Assembly: GCA_030526445.1 (NCBI GenBank)
Contig: JAUNCV010000001.1
Span: forward strand, 1 to 39,841
Source of the DNA: Bacteroidales bacterium
Lineage (GTDB): Bacteria > Bacteroidota > Bacteroidia > Bacteroidales > UBA3663
Length of the DNA stretch: 39,841 bases
Direction: 5' to 3'
The position numbers and the translations under genes are program-made. This document shows positions 34,500-39,841 of the stretch, in pieces. Positions within the stretch are counted from its first letter, which is position 1, and the number at the start of each line of letters is the position of its first letter. The notes under the pieces are model-generated. The model worked only from the letters and a program-made list of their open reading frames with translations, was not told the origin of the DNA and made no database searches.

Positions 34500-37400
34500 T
34501 TATTTTGTTGCTTTCATCTCCTGTCGATGCAGTTGCATATACTCAGCAGGTGGCATGCCATACATCTCTTTGAAGGCTTTTGAGAAGTTGTGCTGGTTGC
34601 TAAAGCCAACTTGCACTGCTACTTCGCCAATTGTAAGTTTCTTTTCAGCCAACAGCTCGGCTGCTTTGGTCAGACGCACATTGCGATAAAACTCGCGTGT
34701 GGTTTGTCCCGTAAGTTCTTTCAGCTTGCGGAAGAGGTGCACGCGGCTTATGCCGACCTCTGAGGCAATCATGTCAGAGTTGAGGTTTGTATCCTTCAAA
34801 TGCTCTTCAACTACGCGTGTTACTCGTGCAAGTAGCTTTTCATCGTGAGTGGTTACTTTGGGAGTCTCAATCTTGTCGGCTTGACGGTCTCGTCCACTCA
34901 ATGAGTTGCGAAGTCGGTCTTGACCTTTAAGCAGATTTTGTACCGTACTTTTAAGTACCTCAATGTTGAATGGCTTGGTCATGAAGACATCCACTCCAAG
35001 ATTGAGGCTGGCAATACGGTCTTCGTCTGTTGAACGGGCCGTAAGCATCACAATAGTGAGTTGATTGAGGTTGATGTTTCTTCGCACTTGTGTGCAGAGT
35101 TCAATGCCATCAATCATAGGCAGAATCAAGTCGGTGATCATTATGTCGAATTTCTGCAAAGCCAGTTCGCGAAGAGCCTCTGTTCCATTCGAGCAAGCTA
35201 CGACCTTATAACTTGACGAGAGTTCTTGCTCAATGTAGTTTCGGGTCTTGTTGTCATTGTCCACAAGCAGAATCTTGTGCCCATTCTTTGGGGTCTTGGC
35301 TTTGAACACCTCTTGAGTTGCGGCAGTTTGCATAAAGAACTGTAACTTTGCCTCGGTGACAGCTTGTGCCTGTTTATGTTGCTTGATATGTTGACGAATA
35401 TGGTGGCGTCGGCGTATTTGCAGGAACGAAAGGTAACTAATCGTCCCTAAAAGCCAGAGCCAAATGAGCAGCGCCCACCATCGCATATACCAAGGATAGG
35501 CAATATGTACATTTATGCTCGATATCTCAGAATCTATGCCATCGCACACAGCTTTGAACTGCAGAGTATGGCTACCGGCTGAGAGGTTACTCAAGGTGAT
35601 TCGGTTTGAAAGCGGTGGGAGTGACTGCCAGCGTTCTTCATCGAGCGATGCTTGATAAATAACGCGACGAGTGTATGAAAGTGGACGTGTAGCGAACTCG
35701 ATTGTAAAAGAGTGGTCCTGATCGGTTAGTTTGAAACTGCCGTCAGTTTCGGGCAATACTTGTCGTTGGTCAGTGTAAAGAGCAACGACGCGAGCCTCGC
35801 ATTTCTGTGAGCGAATGCTGATATTCTTTGGGTCGAACCATGTGATGCCATTGATGCCTCCGAACCAAAGTTGCCCAGAAGCATCGCGCATCGATGATTT
35901 TTTGTAAAACTCGTTGCCTTGCAATCCGTCTTGCACTCCATAGTTGTTGAAGGTGTTGCGTGCCACGTTGTACTTGGTCAAGCCTTGGTTCGAGCTAATC
36001 CAGAGATTTCCTTCATCGTCGGGCAAAGCGGCATAGCTGCACGAAGCTGGCAGACCCTCTTTTTTTGTTAGCTCTTGCACCTCTTGGGTGATGCAGTTGT
36101 AAATAACAAAGCCTCTGTTGGTGCAAAGACAGAGTTGGTTGGGGGCGAAAAGACAGAGATCGTTAACAACGTGTTGGCTTAAGACTGTTTGTTGAGCAAA
36201 GTCGTCGGTATTGAGGTCGAAGATGCAAAGTCCGTTGTAAGTGCCAACATAGAGTTTGTTGTCGTTCTCATTATATAATATGTCAGTACTCCAATTGCTC
36301 ACTCCATGGCTCGATGTAATGGGCTCAAGGCTCTGAAGTCGTTCGTTGAAACGCATCACGCCGTTGCCCATCGATGCCACCCAGACAGTGCCTTCTCTGT
36401 CTTCAGTAAAAGCATACACGTTGACTGTTGATGCATCTTTCCCTTGTACGGGCAAATAGCGACATTGTCCGTTTGAAAGGTTAACCCATCCTAAGCCTTG
36501 GTGAAAAGAACCGAACCACACACGTTTCTTTGAGTCCTCGAATAGGGTCATGAATGCATTGGGAACTGTGCGGTTTGTGCCATCGCCATGATAGCTTGCA
36601 ATTTTTTCGCCTTGAGGGGTGATGCCATGCAGACCGCCATTGTCGGTGCCTACCCAAATGTTGCCATCGTGAGTCTCAAGCAGAGTTGTGACGCATCGGT
36701 CACCAATGAAATTGCTGCTACCCGACTTAACACCCATATATCGAAACTGAGCGGGTGTTGGGGTAGTGAGCATGACACCTTTCTGATAAAGTCCCATCCA
36801 GATGTCGTGGTTGCGGCTCACGGCTATGGTGTGCACTTTCTGTACGGCAGGATCAACGAATGGATAGTTGAATAAGAAATCGGTGATGGTGCCACTAGGA
36901 CAGTGCAGGAATTTCATGCCTTGTCCGTCGGTTCCAATACAGATAAATGGTGTTTCGTTCAAAGTCTGCAGATCACGCACAAAGAAGGGCTGGCATTCGG
37001 TGGCAATGGTGTCAAAGACCTGAGTTTGGTCATTGAACCGCAGTAAGCCTGCATTTCCGCAACCTGCATACATCTTTCCATCGGGACCCAGACACAGTGT
37101 TGAAAGCATGTAACGCTGATTCGAGGCATCGCGAAGGCAATAGAGGGAGCCTTGTGCTGAGATGCGATATAAATCTTCGTTCTGCTTTAATATCCAGAGA
37201 GCGCCTTGTGCATCTTCGGCACAACGGAAGAAACTGCCCAACTTCTGTGAAAAAAGCATGTTCGAAACCTCCATCTCGCCCTTGTCATTGACCGAAATAA
37301 CATAAGAGGTATGGCCCGAAACTACCAGTTTGCCCGATGAGAGCAGGGTAAGGTCTGTGATATTTTCAGGATAAATCTCTTGGTCGGGTGCAGCAGCAGG

Positions 37401-37742
37401 GAGCGAGAAGTCGTCGGTGGCAGGTCTGTACATCTGTACACCTTGAATTGTTCCCACAAAGAGACGGTTCTCTTGGTCTACTGCCAAGGTGCGTACAAAA
37501 TTGCTGACCAGCGAGTGAGGATTGCCCTCTTCGTGGTAGTAGGATATGAATCGAGAGCCGTTGTATTTGCATAGGCCGTCTTCGGTGGCAACCCACACAA
37601 TACCCTCTTTATCCTCTACAATCTTGTTTATGAGCGAGTTTGGTAGGTCGCTGTCTGATGTGAAGAGCATATTGACCTGCGCCTCGGCCATAACCGAGAC
37701 GAGCAGGAGCAAGATTGAGAAGAGGATTTTTTTACAGTTCAT
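34500..37742 (-). CDS. HTCS-like regulator lacking the histidine-kinase core: periplasmic beta-propeller repeats + Y_Y_Y, TM, receiver, AraC HTH (1080 aa)
   Basis: Signal peptide, then many propeller-type repeats (VWVATEDGLCKY, IWVGTDNGGLHG, VWFGSFHQGLGW, VWVASMGNGVMRF, LYVGTYNGLCIF, LWISSNQGLTKY, LWFGGINGITWF). Y_Y_Y-like region (YQASLDEERWQSL). TM helix WWALLIWLWLLGTISYLSFL. Then TEAKLQFFMQTAATQEVFKAKTPKNGHKILLVDNDN runs directly into a receiver (IMITDLILPMIDG, IVMLTA, FMTKPF) and an AraC HTH. No H-box histidine or N/G1/G2 ATPase boxes are visible. Confidence 0.85.
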   Translation of the reverse strand: MNCKKILFSILLLLVSVMAEAQVNMLFTSDSDLPNSLINKIVEDKEGIVWVATEDGLCKYNGSRFISYYHEEGNPHSLVSNFVRTLAVDQENRLFVGTIQGVQMYRPATDDFSLPAAAPDQEIYPENITDLTLLSSGKLVVSGHTSYVISVNDKGEMEVSNMLFSQKLGSFFRCAEDAQGALWILKQNEDLYRISAQGSLYCLRDASNQRYMLSTLCLGPDGKMYAGCGNAGLLRFNDQTQVFDTIATECQPFFVRDLQTLNETPFICIGTDGQGMKFLHCPSGTITDFLFNYPFVDPAVQKVHTIAVSRNHDIWMGLYQKGVMLTTPTPAQFRYMGVKSGSSNFIGDRCVTTLLETHDGNIWVGTDNGGLHGITPQGEKIASYHGDGTNRTVPNAFMTLFEDSKKRVWFGSFHQGLGWVNLSNGQCRYLPVQGKDASTVNVYAFTEDREGTVWVASMGNGVMRFNERLQSLEPITSSHGVSNWSTDILYNENDNKLYVGTYNGLCIFDLNTDDFAQQTVLSQHVVNDLCLFAPNQLCLCTNRGFVIYNCITQEVQELTKKEGLPASCSYAALPDDEGNLWISSNQGLTKYNVARNTFNNYGVQDGLQGNEFYKKSSMRDASGQLWFGGINGITWFDPKNISIRSQKCEARVVALYTDQRQVLPETDGSFKLTDQDHSFTIEFATRPLSYTRRVIYQASLDEERWQSLPPLSNRITLSNLSAGSHTLQFKAVCDGIDSEISSINVHIAYPWYMRWWALLIWLWLLGTISYLSFLQIRRRHHIRQHIKQHKQAQAVTEAKLQFFMQTAATQEVFKAKTPKNGHKILLVDNDNKTRNYIEQELSSSYKVVACSNGTEALRELALQKFDIMITDLILPMIDGIELCTQVRRNINLNQLTIVMLTARSTDEDRIASLNLGVDVFMTKPFNIEVLKSTVQNLLKGQDRLRNSLSGRDRQADKIETPKVTTHDEKLLARVTRVVEEHLKDTNLNSDMIASEVGISRVHLFRKLKELTGQTTREFYRNVRLTKAAELLAEKKLTIGEVAVQVGFSNQHNFSKAFKEMYGMPPAEYMQLHRQEMKATK

Positions 37743-37747
37743 GCGTG

Positions 37748-39841
37748 TTATTGTTGCACAATGCCTTCGCGGTGCACGCCATCCACCTTTATTGTTAGAG
37801 GTTTGGTGAAGCGAACATGACGCACATGGGTGGTCTCTTGCACTGCAGGCAAGGCATCGAGTACAGAAGTGTGCACACAGCCATCGCCACGGAAGTCGTT
37901 AATGGTCATGTAGCATACACCCAAGCTGGTGAGGTTTTGGAAGAAGTGTGTGCCTTGTGACGGATCGACCTGGAAGGAGTCGAGACCCGACAGGAATGCC
38001 CAACCATGGGTCGCTTGAACCCCATCGGCCCGGACCAATAAGGACGCAACGGCGCCCCTCTTGAAGCAGCTGTCGGTTGATGCGTTCAATCTCGTCGGCA
38101 ATGGCAGGATTCCAACTGGCAGTAAAGCCTTCGGTCTTGACATAAACCACATCCTCCACATCTTTAAATATACCATGACCAATGGCCGAATGTGAACGAA
38201 GCAAGGTTTCTTCGTCAGGAATGAGCGAGAGGTCTTCATTGATAGACATACGGTTATCAACCATCGGACGGATTTGCAAGAGGTTGAAGTCACCGCAATT
38301 CTTGCCGTTCTCATCCTTGTAAAGGTTTACGGCAAACTCAATCTCTACCGGACGGCGCATCTCTTCCTGACCATATTGAAGCACTTTTTGCAAGAGCTCA
38401 GGCATAGGAAACATGCCGTTTTGCAGTACACCCGCCATTGAGATGATCTTTCTGTTTCGGCCCTCGTAATAACCGTCGTAGATACATTGGTCGTTGGGGT
38501 CGTAGGTCGAACAAACCCAAGGCAAAGTTCCATCTTCCTCGGCGTGGCGCACAGGATATTTTCGCAGATTGAAGCCGTCATCGGTCATGAACGAGTGGCT
38601 GTAGTCGTAGTCAAGGTCGAGTGCCAGGAAGGCTGTCTGGGTGTCGCGCAAGGCAATCTCCATCTCGCTCATCTGCAGCACTTGGTTAGGGTGTGCAGGA
38701 GAAACTCTGAGGCTTACACCGCCGTCAACAATATATTTGCCGAGACCAAAAGCAAGTGAAACAGTTCCCTCATCGGCTTGTTCGTCTCCAATGGGGTAAT
38801 AGTTCACGCTTCGGGCCACGCCCGAGATGACTGGATAGAATCTTGAACCGTGCTGTTGACCTACCACCTCTTGCAATATGACAGCCATTTTCTCTTGGTC
38901 AATGACATTCGATGTTGCAGTCATATAATCCTTCGAACTGCGATAGAATACGCTTGCATAAACAGCTTTTACGGCATTGGCCAAAAGCTCCATGCGACGA
39001 TATTTGTCGCTTGTATATGGAATCATATAGGTGCTATAGATGCCGGCAAAAGGTTGGTAGTGACTATCTTCGAGCAAGGAAGAAGAACGCACGGCCAAAG
39101 GACCCTTCACTACCTCCATAAACGCCTCAAGGTCACCCAAAAGGCGCATTGGCAGACGGCTGCGCAGGAAGGCTTGCAAAATCTCTTCATCGGGCAAGTC
39201 GCTTAGTGCGATATGGTAAAGGCCGTTTGAGTCCATAAACTCGTCGAAGACATCGGTACACAACACCACAGTCTTTGGAATGCAGGTGTTGACTCTGGTG
39301 TTCGAAATCTGGCCATTGTTGGTTGGCAGGTAGCCCTGAAGGCTTTCGTGACGGGTCAGCATTCGGTCAAGGAATGCCAGGCCACGACCTTTTCCACCCA
39401 GAGAGCCATCACCGATGCGTGCAAAGTTCGAGTATTTGTCGAATCGTTCGCGCTGGAAGACTGCTACCACACCTTGGTTTTTCATTTTACGGTAGCTCAC
39501 AATAGCGTCGAAGATGAGATGACGATGGGCGTCAATATCCTGCAGCATGTTGTAGGTGATATGCTTCAGGAACTCTGATATTGGGAACAGGGCACGCGAT
39601 TCGAGCCAACGCGATACATTATTATGCTTTACGTGATAAAGCAGGGACGAGGTAGGAATCGTAAAGATATTATCTTGCAATTCCTTCAGATTATGTATGC
39701 GTACTACCTCCTCCATGGTGTCTGGATTACGGAATACAAAGTCTCCGAAACCAAAATATTTGAGCACCATATCGCGTAGGTCAACATCCATCTTTTTCGA
39801 GTTTTTGTCGATAAAGATGTATCCGCTATCCCAGGCACGTT
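37748..39841 (-). pseudogene. PEP/pyruvate-binding (PPDK_N, ATP-grasp) domain protein. The reading frame is broken near 37990, and the 5' end lies beyond the window end.
   Basis: ORF 37899..39791 carries a PPDK_N-like motif (GDGSLGGKGRGLAFL) and ends ...LIGPGRWGSSDPWLGIPV followed by nonsense. A second frame (the 3' part of ORF 37748..38314) continues with plausible protein SGLDSFQVDPSQGTHFFQNLTSLGVCYMTINDF...KPLTIKVDGVHREGIV. Upstream of the listed Met the frame stays open to the window edge (...RAWDSGYIFIDKNSKKMDVDL). Confidence 0.65.

Overview
This window looks like a chromosomal segment from a Bacteroidota genome, most likely Prevotella-like. The evidence is SusC/SusD pairs, hybrid two-component regulators with AraC outputs, TAnnTTTG -7 promoter boxes in front of most operons, and a fused GH10 xylanase/esterase.

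Gene content, left to right:
- A susC-susD pair; the susD runs off the left edge.
- A membrane-tethered periplasmic-binding-protein (PBP)-AraC regulator.
- A second PUL: susC-susD-GH36 alpha-galactosidase.
- An orphan AAA+ ATPase with a C-terminal PD-(D/E)xK-like motif.
- A complete PBP-type hybrid two-component system (HTCS).
- An ABCG-like fused ATPase-permease, bracketed by two paralogous lipoproteins.
- Housekeeping genes: an aldo-keto reductase, an RluA-family pseudouridine synthase, a DASS anion symporter and pta-ackA.
- A DUF5020/Tsx-like outer-membrane barrel.
- A xylan operon: GH10-CE1 fusion plus a GH9-like lipoprotein.
- A propeller/Y_Y_Y HTCS-like regulator with no histidine-kinase core.
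- A frameshifted PEP/pyruvate-binding-domain gene that runs off the right edge.

I found no rRNA, tRNA, CRISPR array, transposase or integrase.

Most interesting observations:
- Three regulators form a reductive series of HTCS architectures: full, kinase-less, and kinase- and receiver-less.
- The ABCG-like transporter has a large periplasmic insert and two flanking paralogous lipoproteins.
- Three related AT-rich hairpins sit just upstream of PUL promoters.
- The susC-susD spacer in the first pair is unusually long and highly self-complementary.
- A GCTGAAAC repeat cluster brackets the ATPase-nuclease gene.

All functional calls come from motif and architecture recognition by eye. No database search was run.
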